From assembly GCF_001194135.2 (NCBI RefSeq), contig NC_068988.1, forward strand, positions 41,848,106 through 41,912,105: 64,000 bases of DNA, given 5' to 3'. Positions 40,115-53,279 of this stretch are shown here, in pieces (the first letter of the stretch is position 1; each line of letters opens with the position of its first letter). The DNA comes from Octopus bimaculoides. Taxonomy: Eukaryota. The translations under genes were made by a program, and so were the position numbers. Under the pieces are notes generated by a model that saw nothing but the letters and a program-made list of their open reading frames with translations, was not told where the DNA came from and made no database searches.

Positions 40115-41385
40115 TACAGGTCATTAAAAGCGAAATGTACGATTCTTTTATGCAACAAGTCTGAGAAGTTGTTAACTCTAATATTCTATTCTGCCAATTC
40201 ATAGTTTTACAACATTAAAGAGTTACATCATCACTTTTGAAAATGCAATTCATGGCGTCTGATTATATTGTGAGTTCTCTGTTGTAAATCAATTTTTGTG
40301 AACCCATGGATAGGTCAACTATTCGTGTTGTTTACGAATGTGAGTTCCGTCGTGGAACCAATTCATCCCAGATGTTTCTAAACATCAATGAGGTGTTTAA
40401 TGACGATGTCGCGAGTGAGCACACTGTATGTCGATGGTTTGAGAAATTCCGGTCTGGTGACTCTATTCTTGAGAATCAGCCCAATGGTAGACCTGAGACC
40501 AAGATAGAAAATGATGGCCTTGAAACTGTAATGGAAGCGGATATATCTCAAACTCTGCGTGAGTTAGCAGCAAGGTTTGATGTTTCGATTCCAACTGTAT
40601 TGGACCATCTGATACAAATCGGCAATGGAAAGAAGGTAAGGACAAGTGGGTACCACAGGAACTGAACGAGCATCAAATGGCACGTTGTCTTAAAAGTTTT
40701 TCTTTGCTATGATGATATAAAAGTGAACCATTTTTTGTATCGTATTGTTACGTGATGAAAAATGGATTGATTTCAACAATAACCAGCGTTCTGCATGGTG
40801 GTTGTTTAGAGAAGAAGTGCGAAAACACAATGCAAAAAAGAATATTCTCCAAAAAATGCCAATGGTGTCGGTTTGGTAGTTCATCGCGGGTTTCATCAAC
40901 TAGAGCTACATGAGACTTGGTTATTGAATTATAGCGGGTGTATGCATCAACCAATTGGATGAAATGTTGATTGAACTTGCAATTAAACAACCGAGATTGT
41001 CAATAAAGACAGGCGATTTCACTTACAAGACAAAGGTGAACCACACGTTGCACAAACAACGCTACCCAAGCAGCAGGAACTGAACTTGGAAGTACTCTGT
41101 CATGCACCATATTCTTTAGACCTTGCAGCAGCTGACAATCACGTTTTTTAGCCAATGGACAACTTTTTAAAAGGAAAAAAAAAAAATTCAAATCTGAAGA
41201 AGATGCAACGACAGTCTTTTTGATTTCCTGACCTCTTGCTCTCCACATTTCTTCTCTGCCGGCACAAATAAGCTACCGATAAAATGGCAAAAGTGTGTTA
41301 GTAATTTAGGTACATATATTGATTAACTGCATTGTTTTTGTTGAAATAAACCAAAATAAACGCTTCATTCTTAAGGATCTCATAT
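40115..41385 (+). mobile_element. Mariner (DD34D) transposon relic
   Basis: HTH region YECEFRRGTNSSQ..TVCRWFEKFRSGD..GRP; WVPxEL-like motif; IVTxDEKW; LQDKGEPH..HAPYSLDLAAADNH with 34 residues between D2 and D3; frameshifted; termini degenerate. Confidence 0.9.
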
Positions 41386-41696
41386 ATATATATATATANN
41401 NNNNNNNNNNNNNNNNNNNNNNNNNNNNTATTCAAAGTTTTGGATATGCACCTAGTAATATGCTGATTAAAGCACTTTCACTGTCTCTGGCTACCTGATG
41501 TCATCCACAGTTTTGCCATAGGTGTCACTTGATCAACCTCAGGATTTCTGCTGTGTTTACTGGTTGAGTATATTACAAATGCGGTAAACAGTCCATTCTC
41601 CATTTTCATCATTTGTTATACATGTATATATATGATACATATTCGTACACGCATACTTACCTACACACATACATACTTACGTGTGTGTGTGTGTGT

Positions 41697-41735
<39 letters not shown>

Positions 41736-41837
41736 TGTGTGTGTGTGTCTGTGTCTGTGTCTGTGTGTGTGTATGTGTGTGTGTGTGTGTGTCTGTCTGT
41801 CTGTGTACTTCGATGCTGTCGACTTGTTCTGTTGTAG

Positions 41838-41937
41838 CTCAGAGTTCCCCAGTACAAGCGGCTCATCGGCTGACAGGTGTCAAACAGCTGTGTTTTACAC
41901 TGCTCGAAGGATAAAAGAAGGAGCATTGGATAATAAA
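41838..41937 (+). CDS. Candidate 100-nt exon, phase 2 to 0 (SEFPSTSGSSADRCQTAVFYTARRIKEGALDNK)
   Basis: TTGTTCTGTTGTAG acceptor and AAA|GTGAAT donor; phase-compatible with 30103. Confidence 0.25.
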
Positions 41938-42906
41938 GTGAATCTTAGATTTCGGACGAAATGGATATATTTTGTTACTCGTATAATGTTGCCCTTTGTG
42001 AGTGTCATACTGTCATATTGTCAATAAAAATGCACTCACTCGTCGTTGGTGTTTACTTTTGTTAATTGATTGATTTATCAAAAATTAAAGGAACAACGGT
42101 TTCGCATTAAGGCTCTTACAAATCAAATACAAAAAAGAAACACACACACACACACACACACACAAAGGCACACGCACACACATATACATAGACACACGCA
42201 CATACATACATACATACATACAAAAATATCCTGTTGTTGATGTTGAGATTGCAATGAAGGACCCTTGGATCTACGTTAGAAACCGGCTGTTTATTGACAA
42301 AAAATTTTGAAATAAAACTGAACAATGACATACATACATACATATCCAGATTTATTATTTAAAATATTTATTCAGCCTCGTCTAGTGCAACTTAAACTTT
42401 CGTAGGCTTCTTACAGAAAATTTGTACATATATGTGTGTGTGCGTGTATGTGTGTGTCTGTGTGTGTGCGTGTCTGTGTGTGTCTGTGTGTGTGTTTGCG
42501 TATATATATATATATATATATATATATACGTTTATAGATATATATGTATACATGTATATATGCATGTATATGTTTTGGGATGTTCACAGGGTGGAGGGAC
42601 AGTATTTATATGAAATTTATTATATTGACACAACTTTGTTCGAGTTTAATTGATTGTTATTAATAGTTTTCATATTTTCTTTTATGTTTAATATAGAATG
42701 GTAGCGTTCCATAATTTATTAAATCTTGAAAACCTCGATCATATTTTTTAATGAATTGATGATAGCGTCTCGTTATTACCGTGTTTTGTGTGCGAATGTT
42801 CAGTGTTGTCATTCTTTTAGGTGGGTGATAGGTTGCATAGTTTTGTAGGAGTTATTATGTAGCTACGTTTTATTTAAAATTATGTAACAATTAATTTCGA
42901 AGTTAC

Positions 42907-43058
42907 TTTCATTGCTTCTTTTCTAATTGTTGTATGTTTGTGTTGATATTTCGTTTGTATTTTGCTATAAATAAAGCTTCCATTCTTAATCTTCTCATCC
43001 GCTTTCTTCCCTGTAATTAACTTCTTCACTTGTCTTTCAACTTCAATCATATTTTCAC
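42907..43058 (-). CDS. Candidate 152-nt exon, phase 1 to 0 (ENMIEVERQVKKLITGKKADEKIKNGSFIYSKIQTKYQHKHTTIRKEAMK)
   Basis: TTATTTGGCTGTTCAG acceptor and AAA|GTAACT donor; open frame in non-repetitive DNA. Confidence 0.35.
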
Positions 43059-43189
43059 CTGAACAGCCAAATAACAATTGGCACAACCTTCCTGTTTCTA
43101 TAAAATTCACGAGGTAACTATCGTTATTTTTTCAGTGTCTCTAGCTGTTTTTGTTGGAAGAATTTGTACCAACAATCCATACTAGCAAC

Positions 43190-43361
43190 TTTGAGTGGCA
43201 AGTTTCTAAATTTAAAGCTCATCTCCTGGCATTGCTAGAGGTCGACTTTACCTTTCATCCTTTCGGGGTCGATAAATTAAGTACTAGTGAAACACCGGGG
43301 TCGATATAATCGACTAATCCCCACTCCACAAATTTAAGGCCTTGTGCCTCCATTAGAACGG
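43190..43361 (+). mobile_element. SINE family B copy ending in (ATT)n 43362-43454
   Basis: GAGGTCGACTTTACCTTTCATCCTTTCGGGGTCGATAAATTAAGTAC..GCCTTGTGCC..AGAACGGATTATTATT. Confidence 0.9.
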
Positions 43362-43454
<93 letters not shown>

Positions 43455-43457
<3 letters not shown>

Positions 43458-45720
43458 TAGTCTTATTTTTATCATGTGTTTTCACTGCACAACCCAGCAC
43501 CGCAGCTTTGTGCGACTTGAGTATGTGCTGTGGTTTGATGTCGTGCTCTTATTTTCACTATATTGAAAGTGTTTTACGTAGTGCCTAGTAATGCTATTTT
43601 CTGTATGTTATATAACACTTGTAAGTCTTGGTGTTTTTGTTATGTATTTGTCTCAATGTTTTTTCATGATATCTGTGCGCATCGTATAATAGGAATTATA
43701 CCATTTTTTTCTGTTGTTATACCATAGTGTTAGCATAGCTTCTAGTGTAAATAGTTCCCAACTCTGTCGTGCTTGTGAATATATTCTTTCTTATCTAGGA
43801 CTGGGCAGCCAGAGACAATATGATTTATTGTTTCCTCTCCATCACTGCATATTCTACAGTTACTGGTATTTCGTTTCATTTCGTGCTTTTGGTGATTTCT
43901 GGTGGGAAGACTTGTGCTGCAAGTAAAAGTAATTCAGTTTCTGCTTTAGGTCCTGAGCTTCTCAGCCATTGTTGAGATTTTGCTTAGTCTATTTCTTTTC
44001 TGTTTAGCTTAACCCAACATTTGCCATGTAGGGGCTTTTCTTGCCATCGTTTTATCATAGTCGTTTCTTTGAATTTCTGTTGGTTTACAGCTTTTGTTGT
44101 TTCTTCTTTTTCTTCACAGTTGTTAGGTACTATGAATTCCTTTTTGTATTTGTCAGCTTCCTTAAAGACAGAAAACAGGATTCTGTTTTAATGTTTTGTG
44201 GCTTTTTCTATTAGTCTTTCTTGCTTCCGAAGTAGTTATTTTTGTAGTCCTATAGTGGTTATTTTGTGATAGCTTTGTAGCTATATAAGGCCTCTACCAC
44301 CTTCGGTACGTTGTACATGTAACCTGTCAGATTTTGGGTGGTGCATCCTAAATCCTGTCATTATTTTTCTTGTTTCCTGTCTGTTTCGATTAGTTCATTT
44401 AGAGTCCAGATAATATTGCAGCTGTAACTTATAACTGGGATGGCTAGAGGGATGATACCTATTATGTTGTTTTTCGCATTGAGCTCTGTTTTCAGTATTA
44501 ATCTAACTCGTTTATTGTATTCCTCTCTTGTCTTCTCTTTGATTTGTTTGTGTTGTATCGTATCTAGTTCATTGATTCCTAAATATTTGTATGTCTGGCT
44601 TTGGTCTAATTCTCTTATTTCATTTGCTTTATCTAGTGTGATGTTGTTACTCTTAACTAGTTTTCCTCTTTTCAAGGTTGCTTTGTCACATTTTTCTAAG
44701 CCAAATTTCATGCTTATTCTTTGGTAAATCCATGTACTGTCTGTAGTAATGTTACAAGCTGTTTATCATTTGTAGCATACAGTTTTAGATAATCTATATA
44801 TAAGAGATGGTTGATTGTTTTGCCGTAGCAGTTGTATTCACATCCAGTTCTGTTTAGCATGTCAGGTAAAGGTATCAGCGCCAAGCAGAAAATGACTGGA
44901 AAGAGCGTGTCTCCCTGAAGTATTCCTCTTCTAATATGGACGGCTTTGGTTATTATGAGTCCCTCTTTTGTCTGGAACTGTAGCGCTGTCTGCCATTTAT
45001 TGATGGACCGTTTTATATATTTAAAGATTATAAGTGCTACCTTGTTCATGGTAGTGTTTCCAGGATACATGTATGGGGAATACTATCAAAAGCCTTTCGA
45101 TAATCGATCCAAGCCATACTTAGATCCCTCTTTCTGCAGCTGTCTTTAGTTATGGCTTTATTGATCAGTAGCTGATCTTTACTCCCGTATGAGTCCTTGC
45201 AGCATCCCTTCTGCTCTTTTGGAAACAGGTTGTCTTCTTCCAGATGTCTGCCCATTCTCTACGATATTACAGCAGTAAAGGCTTCGTAAATTTTAGGGAG
45301 ATAAGTTATCGGTCTGTAATTTTGTGGGCTTGCCGTTTCAGTGGATTTAGACATTAGGATAGTTTTCCCTTCCGTGAGCTATTCAGGCATTGTTTATGGC
45401 TCTGCTAGTATTTCATTAAAATATCTAACAGGAATACATAAAACGCTGGCTGAAAAATTTAATGAAATACTAGCAGAGCTTTTCCTTGGTTTTATTTGCG
45501 AGCCATGAGGAATAACGTCTGACCCTTTATTTTGATGGTCATCATTTTCATAGGGCACCGGTCCGTTCATTTCTGGTCTCAAATGGTTTTGTACGTGTAG
45601 TTTTTCGAACATTTTTGTAACAAGTTTAAAGTATGTACTTCCCGTTTGTTGTCCTTGGATTGAATAATACGGGTATTATTTAATTTATTTTTCATTTCTT
45701 GTGCATGGTGATTGGGGACG
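43455..45720 (-). mobile_element. R4/Dong-clade non-LTR retrotransposon, about 2.3-kb 5'-truncated copy (RT to C-terminus and 3' UTR), pseudogenised
   Basis: [118 protein letters not shown]; the 3' UTR ends directly in (AAT)n. Confidence 0.88.
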
Positions 45721-45976
45721 GAAATGGTCTGATGTTGATTGGACCGTAATGTGGCGAGCGTGTTTACACATGTTGTGCGAGTGATGGAGATGATACAAAG
45801 TTAAAACACATCATTTCGTTCGGAAAATAGAAATAAATTTTAATGATTTTTACTTACTCGGATATATATAGTCAAACACTTTGTCAGTTATTTTAGATTT
45901 CATGTATTGTCTTTATTCCCGATGTTTTTGGATAGATTTAGGAACAGTGTTTTATCGTTCCCACATGTTAAACATC

Positions 45977-45977
45977 C

Positions 45978-46033
<56 letters not shown>
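45977..46033. repeat. (TTA)n microsatellite
   Basis: Seen directly. Confidence 0.97.
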
Positions 46034-46034
<1 letters not shown>

Positions 46035-46035
<1 letters not shown>

Positions 46036-46720
46036 CCTAGCAGCATTTCTTCCGACTGTTTACGTTTGAATTCAAACCCAGCTGAAGTCGACTTTCATTC
46101 TTTCAAGGTCGATATAATAAGTACGGGTAAAGCACAGGGGTTGATGTAATCAATTAACCCTTTCCCTAAAAAATTCAGGCTTTGTGCCTATAGAAGAAAG
46201 GATCGTTATTATTAGCGTTCTTTTAACTCAAGTTTTGTTGGAACTTCTGATGTCTTGCATGCGTATCGGGCTTGCTGCCTGCAGGCTATGGTACCTGTTC
46301 TTTTCAACTATCCAATACTTTCGTGATGATTTTCGTCGTACTGAGGGGCGGTAGCTGGCAGAATCGTTAGCGCATCGAACAAAATGGTTAGCAGCATTTC
46401 GTCCGTCTTTATGTTCTGAGTTCAAATTACGCCGAATCGACATTGCCTTTCATCCTTTTGGGGTCGATAAACAAGTTCCAGTCAAGTACAGAGGTCGATG
46501 TAATCGACGTCCTCTCCCTAAAACACTGCTAAAATTTAAAATTATCGCCCATCTTTACGTTCTGGTTCAAATTCCGCTGAGGTCGACTTTATCTTTCATC
46601 CTTTCAGGGTCGATAAATTAAGTACCAGTGAAACACTGGGGTCAATGTAATCGACTAGTCCCCTCCCCACTAATTTCAGATCTTGTGACTTTAGTAGAAA
46701 TGATTATTATTATTATTATT
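46035..46720 (+). mobile_element. Head-to-tail SINE family B cluster (46035-46212, 46342-46520, 46545-46720), bounded by TTA runs
   Basis: Three repeats of the family core, two ending AGAAAGGATxxTTATT or AGAAATGATTATTATT. Confidence 0.85.
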
Positions 46721-46759
46721 GAACTTGGATGTGGATGTGCAGAACAGCCTTTGTTCTAG

Positions 46760-46862
46760 TGGATATCCTTGCCGAGGATATGTTTCAAAGATCTCTGAAG
46801 GAGTTATTGCTGGTCCTCAACCAATAAATGCGCAAGTGTTCTCAGCCGCAATTTCTTTGCAT
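46760..46862 (+). CDS. Candidate 103-nt exon, phase 2 to 0 (GYPCRGYVSKISEGVIAGPQPINAQVFSAAISLH)
   Basis: CCTTTGTTCTAG acceptor, strong CAT|GTAAGG donor, open frame; joining to 30103 gives TGT (Cys). Confidence 0.4.
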
Positions 46863-47234
46863 GTAAGGAAATTGAAAGTATTTTGAGAAATGGGGCAAAT
46901 TTAGGACTTCGAATACCATAATGTTCAACCAGTCTTTGCATTTCAAGCTTCCAAGATTAATTGAAGTACAAGAAATGCGTAGTATGTAGCATCGATGCCG
47001 TAGACTGCACGTTTCATCACAAAGAAACAAAAATGCTTAGGGGTTTTTCACGGAATTCGACAATGTGTTCCGACACTTAATATTCTGAGTTCACATCTAA
47101 CGGAATTGAAACTTGCCTTTCATCCTTCAGCGAGTGAGTCGATAAAAAAAATACCAGTCACGAATAGGAGCCGATTTAATCGTTTACTTCTTTCTATGAA
47201 TTCCAATTATTGGGAACTTATTAAAAACAATTGT

Positions 47235-47237
47235 CGC

Positions 47238-47274
<37 letters not shown>

Positions 47275-47330
47275 CTTCTTCTTCTTCTTCTTCTTCTTCT
47301 TCTTCTTCGTCTTATTCTTCTTCTTCTTCT
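47235..47330. repeat. (GTT)n(CTT)n compound microsatellite
   Basis: Seen directly. Confidence 0.95.
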
Positions 47331-47533
47331 ACAAGTATATTTGACAAAACACCCTGAATGTAGATTATATTACGACTCGCTGCAGAAAAGTGAAACTTAT
47401 GCCAGAATGGATGACACAAGTTACAGTTATCTCTTTGATGTAAGTCCCAAAATGAAAGCAACGCAACTTATACTCTTAAACTAGTTACATGATTCCATTA
47501 ATAACGTGAACCTAACAGCTAGAATTGCTAATA

Positions 47534-47586
<53 letters not shown>

Positions 47587-47719
47587 TGTGTATAGCCAGG
47601 AGAAAGGATGTTGAAAGAAGTGTAGGAACAATCACTGATAGAAAATTAACACTCCAAGATTGAGAAGACATACAAATCTTGTAATGATCGATTATAAAAA
47701 GGCCTGTAGCCTGATTCTT

Positions 47720-47920
47720 CATTCATGGATAATAGAATTCTCAAAGATGACAGGGATAGAGCAGAAAATAAGTTGCTTTTTCCAGAGTAGTAATCAATAG
47801 GAGAGCAATGTCATTCAAGGGTACAGGCAGAGAATACTAAAATGACTAGAGGTGTCCTTCAAGGGAACGGATTGCCTCCTTTGTTTTTTCTTATAAGCAG
47901 GATACCTTGAGCTTTGCTAC
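47720..47920 (+). pseudogene. Highly decayed R4/Dong-like RT fragment
   Basis: SWIIEFSKMTGI..KMTRGVLQGNGLPPLFFLISRIP resembles HSWI..L.M.GI..I.RGI.QGDSLSPLLF.I...P. Confidence 0.45.
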
Positions 47921-48451
47921 TAATATTAATTTATATCATAGAGATGTGGTGTTATATCTAGGGTTGAAGATAGCCAATCTAATAAACTTACAGTAGTTCA
48001 CTGGCACATTTCACTAAGTAAAGCTATTTTGTGTGGGAGAATGTGACTTAGTGTTTAAGATGTTGGCTTCATGATCTTAACACTGGTTTTGATAACTGGA
48101 TCGGGTGAAGCTTTGTGTTCTTGAACAAGACACTTCATTTCACGTTGCTCCATTTCACTCAGCTGGTAAAACAATGAGTAATATGGCGAAGAAGCGATAG
48201 ACCTAGCTGACAAGATGATGGACTGCGTATCTGCCTAGATAACGAATAAAAGAGTACTTTCGACCGGCGGCCCATCAGCCTACCATGGCGTTGAGCATTA
48301 GCTATTAATTGGTGTTTTGATTACCGTAGTCCCCGGGTAGTTATTTAACAACTCAGAAAGGATAACAGGCTACGTCTACCTCAGCAGGTTTTAAGCTTAG
48401 AATGTAAAGAGATGTAACTAAATCCCAAAAAACATTTATAATAATAATAAC

Positions 48452-48503
<52 letters not shown>

Positions 48504-48504
48504 G

Positions 48505-48720
48505 CAATCGTTTCAAATTTTGGCACTCGGCCCACAATTTCAGGTGAGGGGGCTTGTCGATTACATCAACCCTAGTATTTGACTGGTACTTATTTTACCG
48601 ACCCCAAAACGATGAAAGGTAAAGTAGACCTCGGCGAAATTTGAACTCAACGTGAAAATGGACGAAATGCCGCTAAGCATTTTTCTCGGTGTAGTAACGA
48701 TTCTGTCAGCGCGCCGCCTT
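48505..48720 (-). mobile_element. SINE family B copy flanked on both sides by (AAT)n
   Basis: TTTCAAATTTTGGCAC..GACCCCAAAACGATGAAAGGTAAAGTAGACCTCGGCGAAATTTGAACTC..GCGCCGCCTT; (AAT)n at 48438-48502 and 48723-48742. Confidence 0.88.
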
Positions 48721-48848
48721 TGTAATAATAATAATAATAATTAATATGGCGGTCTTGTAGCCTCGTCTCTGTTTCGTAGATACTTTGTTTTGATGCTATG
48801 TATCATATATTGTATGTTTGTATATTTGTATATTTGTAATTCCCGCAG

Positions 48849-48883
48849 TGCCAACGCTTGTAACTAACAGACCAATGTCCTTT
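48849..48883 (+). CDS. Candidate 35-nt exon, phase 1 to 0 (PTLVTNRPMSF)
   Basis: TTGTAATTCCCGCAG acceptor and consensus TTT|GTAAGT donor; only one frame is open. Confidence 0.3.
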
Positions 48884-49616
48884 GTAAGTTCATTTTAGAC
48901 TGAGAAGCTGTACATAAGACTCAAAGCCTTACCCCTAACCCCTTAAATGTAATAATTGCCAAACAAATATGCCTGCCTTACAGTTAAACAGCGTCTCTCT
49001 TTGTGCTTCCATAACTTCTTTGTTAGGACATTGACATCATCGTTATTTTTTCCCATTTCTTTGTAAACCAAATTATGTTTGTTATTTTACTGATGTCTGG
49101 AGAAACTCCGTTTTCTATGACTTTGAAAGACCTTTTCGGTTGCTCTTCTGACTGTTGTTGTTGTTGTTTAGCCACTGGTCACTTTTGATCGAATAGACCA
49201 ATTCTCCTTTTTTTCTTTACTTTTTTTTTTCTGAGCCATTTTAACAAGAGAATTGTGTAAAACATTGTCGTACATCAATATATCAATTGTGCACCAAATA
49301 TCCTGAATACCATCACCAGGATGTTTGTGCCAGCTTGCGGCTGTCTTCAGAATCTGACCTGGCTCTGAAGCAAAATATTACTTTTTGAAAACATAACGGT
49401 GTTTAAGCATATATTACATCAACATAATTGATTTTCTTCCTACTTTCTCACTCTCCCTTTCAATATATTTTCTGTGTGTGTGTGTGTGTGTGTGTCTCTC
49501 TCTGCATTTTTCTCTTACTCGTTCGCTCACTCTCTCTCTCTCTTTCTCTCTCTCTCTTCCTTCTATCTCTCCTCTCTCTCTCTTCTTTTTGTCTCTTCTC
49601 TCTCTCTTCTTTTTGT

Positions 49617-49658
<42 letters not shown>

Positions 49659-49679
49659 GTTTCTCTCTTCTCTCTCTCT

Positions 49680-49718
<39 letters not shown>

Positions 49719-50284
49719 TATATATATAAAGAGAGAGACAGCGAGAGATTGATAGAGAGAAAGCTCACAATGCATATATCTACATATGTCTGTGCGAAAA
49801 TCTGATTATATATATTGTTTACGTATATACTTATATGAGTGTATGCGTCTTTGTGACAACGTAATACGGTATTACTAAATGTGTTTATATATTTCAAAGT
49901 TAACATATTAATGGAGGTTTTATCTAACTTTGTGAAAATGATATCTGTTTACTTTGCTTTCACTTTATATGTGTACAAACACACTCAAACAAAGATATGC
50001 ATATACTTGCATTATATATACATACACACACACACATATATATATAATATATATATATATATATANNNNNNNNNNNNNNNNNNNNNNNNNNNNNNNNNNN
50101 NNNNNNNNNNNNNNNNNNNNNNNNNNNNNNNNNNNNNNNNNNNNNNNNNNNNNNNNNNNNNNNNNNNNNNNNNNNNNNNNNNNNNNNNNNNNNNNNNNNN
50201 NNNNNNNNNNNNNNNNNNNNNNNNNNNNNNNNNNNNNNNNNNNNNNNNNNNNNNNNNNNNNNNNNNNNNNNNNNNNNNNNNNNN

Positions 50285-50323
<39 letters not shown>

Positions 50324-50816
50324 ATATATATATGTGGCATCTGTGCGCATGTGTATGTGTGTGTGTGTTTGTGTCTCTGTGTGTGTGTGTGTGTGTGTGT
50401 GCGTGTGTGTGTGTCTATGCGGTTGTGTGAAGAAGAACAAAGGGCCGACAGGAAAGAATATAAAGATATGTCTGAGAGAACAAAAGGAAAACACAAATAC
50501 ACACACACATACACACACCAACGCACACACGCAGGTTAACACACAAACATACACACACACATTGCAAAATCAACACACAGATGCAAACACATTTATTCAT
50601 ATACACAAATTTCCACACATGCACATACACATTAGAGTAAGACCTGAAGCTTGCTTCTTGGCATTAGGTAGTGTTGGAAATTTAATTGAAAAATGAAAAG
50701 AGAAATTCTCACAAACGTTCATACATACATATATACGTATATGCGTGCATACACCTATATATTATAGTTGTATTTATGTGCATGCATATATATATATATT
50801 ATACAGATAGGTAAAA

Positions 50817-50853
<37 letters not shown>

Positions 50854-53279
50854 CATACATACATACATACATACATACATACATACATACATACATACAT
50901 ACATGATATTTTGTTGCAGTTGCAAACATTTCACAAGCTATAACTCAGTGTTTCTCTTAACCGATCATCAGGTAGTTAAGTGTGTGTTTGCGAAAACAAG
51001 CAAACACTCACAACTTTTTGTTCGTTGATTTATAAATGATGATCATGGCCGCGTTCACTTTCTGCGTCTACAGCCTGAAAATAGAGGAAATACCAGCCAG
51101 TTGTTCCTCAAATCATACCCTACACATTCTTAAAGACACTATATTGACAGGGTCTCACCTAAAGCAAAAAAAATATCACAAGTTTTTACATAGTAATAAC
51201 ACATCAACAAAGCAGTGAGTCAATGATGGAGCATCTACGTAGCCACAGAGCCTGCTAGAAGTAGCAAGCAACAAATCCAACTTGCGTAAAACATTAAGAC
51301 GAATGGGATAGTTTTATTCTAAATACAATATATCTGAATAAATAATGTTAAGATGAGTACGACTAAATCAGAACTAACCTGGGGCTGACTAATAACAACT
51401 ATTTCAATATTCTTCTTTCAATAGAACTGACATCAAATATCCTCAGGCAATGAGACCTTATAGTAAAGTAGATGTTAATATACTTTATGCAGCAAACCCA
51501 TAACTTTTAATTGAATTATAGTAAATCATTAGTGATGAGAGCAATTATTATATTAATGACTAATTCAGGTCAAGAGAAGCAAAGGAGACAACTTGAAATT
51601 TAAATTTATTAAAATTAGTTAAGTATAGGATGCAGTGGAAAGTGAGCCTGATGCTAGCACTGTTTTACTATAAATTGTTCATGTAATAGGCATCCCTTGA
51701 TATTTTTCTCATTAATTATTCTCCTCTCTACAGCTGATCCTTTATCTAAATCGCAAAGACCGGTATACAAAACCATTCTCTCCAGTTTCTGCAATATTAA
51801 TTAGATGATGGTCATAACTATCAACCACCATTTTACCTCGTGAACTGGTAAGAGACGGACTCTGGTAGGTTTTGACCTTTAAGTCACGCTGTATGTTACA
51901 ACGGTGAACTTTCAACTCCATCAGAAGTTGAGGTCTCAAAGCAAAGTAAGCTCTTCCTCTTGGAAGAAGACGATACTTCAGGCCAACGACTTGATGCCAT
52001 ATAGTGGTGGTGGTGTTATTGTTGTTTTTGTTTTGTCCAAGGCTGACTCTGGTTCAATACACCTATGATCAAATGTATTTCAATCCTAACCTTTCCATCT
52101 TCGCATATATATACATACATATACATATANNNNNNNNNNNNNNNNNNNNNNNNNNNNNNNNNTATATATATATATATATATATGGTGGTTGTCTACTCCT
52201 TAAACAGAGTTTGACCACCTCCTGCACCTACACCTTAGCCCTTTCATGGCGTCTTATGTGGCTTTTTAAACCATATATACATATGATAGGGACAGCAGAT
52301 GGAAGATAGTAGAATGTTTATTGATCACTACAATTGTTTCCACCCATCTAGAATTGATCCCTCACGGGTGGGATACTGAACATCTGGTTTAGGTGTATCT
52401 GTCGGGGTGGATGTGTCTCCTCGGGTGATTACAAAGTGTATATCGTTAACATAAAGTCTATTCCGCAAGGTTTCTTCTAGGTATTTGAATACAAAAGCCG
52501 CAAATTAAGGGACACACTTCATTATTACAGATCAATAACAAATATCAGATGCAACAAGAAACAATTACCCAACGAACACAGCGAAAGTGAACATGATTTG
52601 CCGGTAAATTACCAGGTGTATGCCATAAGAGTTATTAACTAATAATAATAATGGTAATGTGTCCTTCCATGTTTTAAGACGGTAATATGTAATTTTTTAA
52701 AGAGGAGATTTTGCTACTATTTCTAGCAGGCTGAGCGACCGCACAGAAGATCCCTAATTTGGCTGAATCATGTAATATGGTGTGGCGTGTTGTGGTGTGA
52801 TATGTGGTGTGGCTTGGCGAGTTGTAGTAAGGTCGGTGTGTTTTGGTGAGATGTGGTATGGTGGGGTGTGATGTGCATGGCGTGTTGAGAGTCCAACCAA
52901 ATATGGTTAGAGTCCAGCAATGATGAGATAAGAATCTATAATAAACAGCACCATGCCAAAACTGTTTGTAGCGAAGCCAGCGGACAGATTGTGTGTATGT
53001 GATTATAGAATATATATGTAATACAATGCACAACACTGGTTAATTTCTTGAGCCTCTCGATTCGAGTGGAAACCTCTGAAGACATAGCAGTTTAAGATCG
53101 TGGTTCAACTCAAGAATAACTTCGAGGTGGTTTATCACTGCATCCAGGAAGCTTAAAGGTTCATATCCTGAGAACAGCACTAAGCCATGACCCTGATGAG
53201 GGTACCTAAAATACTAAAATGACAGGAGCCGTTTGCCTATGAAGATGAATTACAATGAAATACTTTATTCATCCTTTAA

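Noticed and set aside
45720-46033. (TTA)n at 45977 as the direct 5' target flank of the 43455 R4 copy
   Set aside because: Recognisable R4 coding similarity stops near 45720, leaving about 250 bp unassigned, so it was not counted as a flanking target.
49250-49390. Cys-containing open frame ENCVKHCRTSIYQLCTKYPEYHHQDVCASL..
   Set aside because: Weak acceptor and under 50 codons; not separable from background without expression data.
51030-51075. Minus-strand acceptor followed by AVDAESERGHDHHL*
   Set aside because: Very short with an immediate stop; incompatible with the tentative minus-strand chain and cannot be distinguished from chance.
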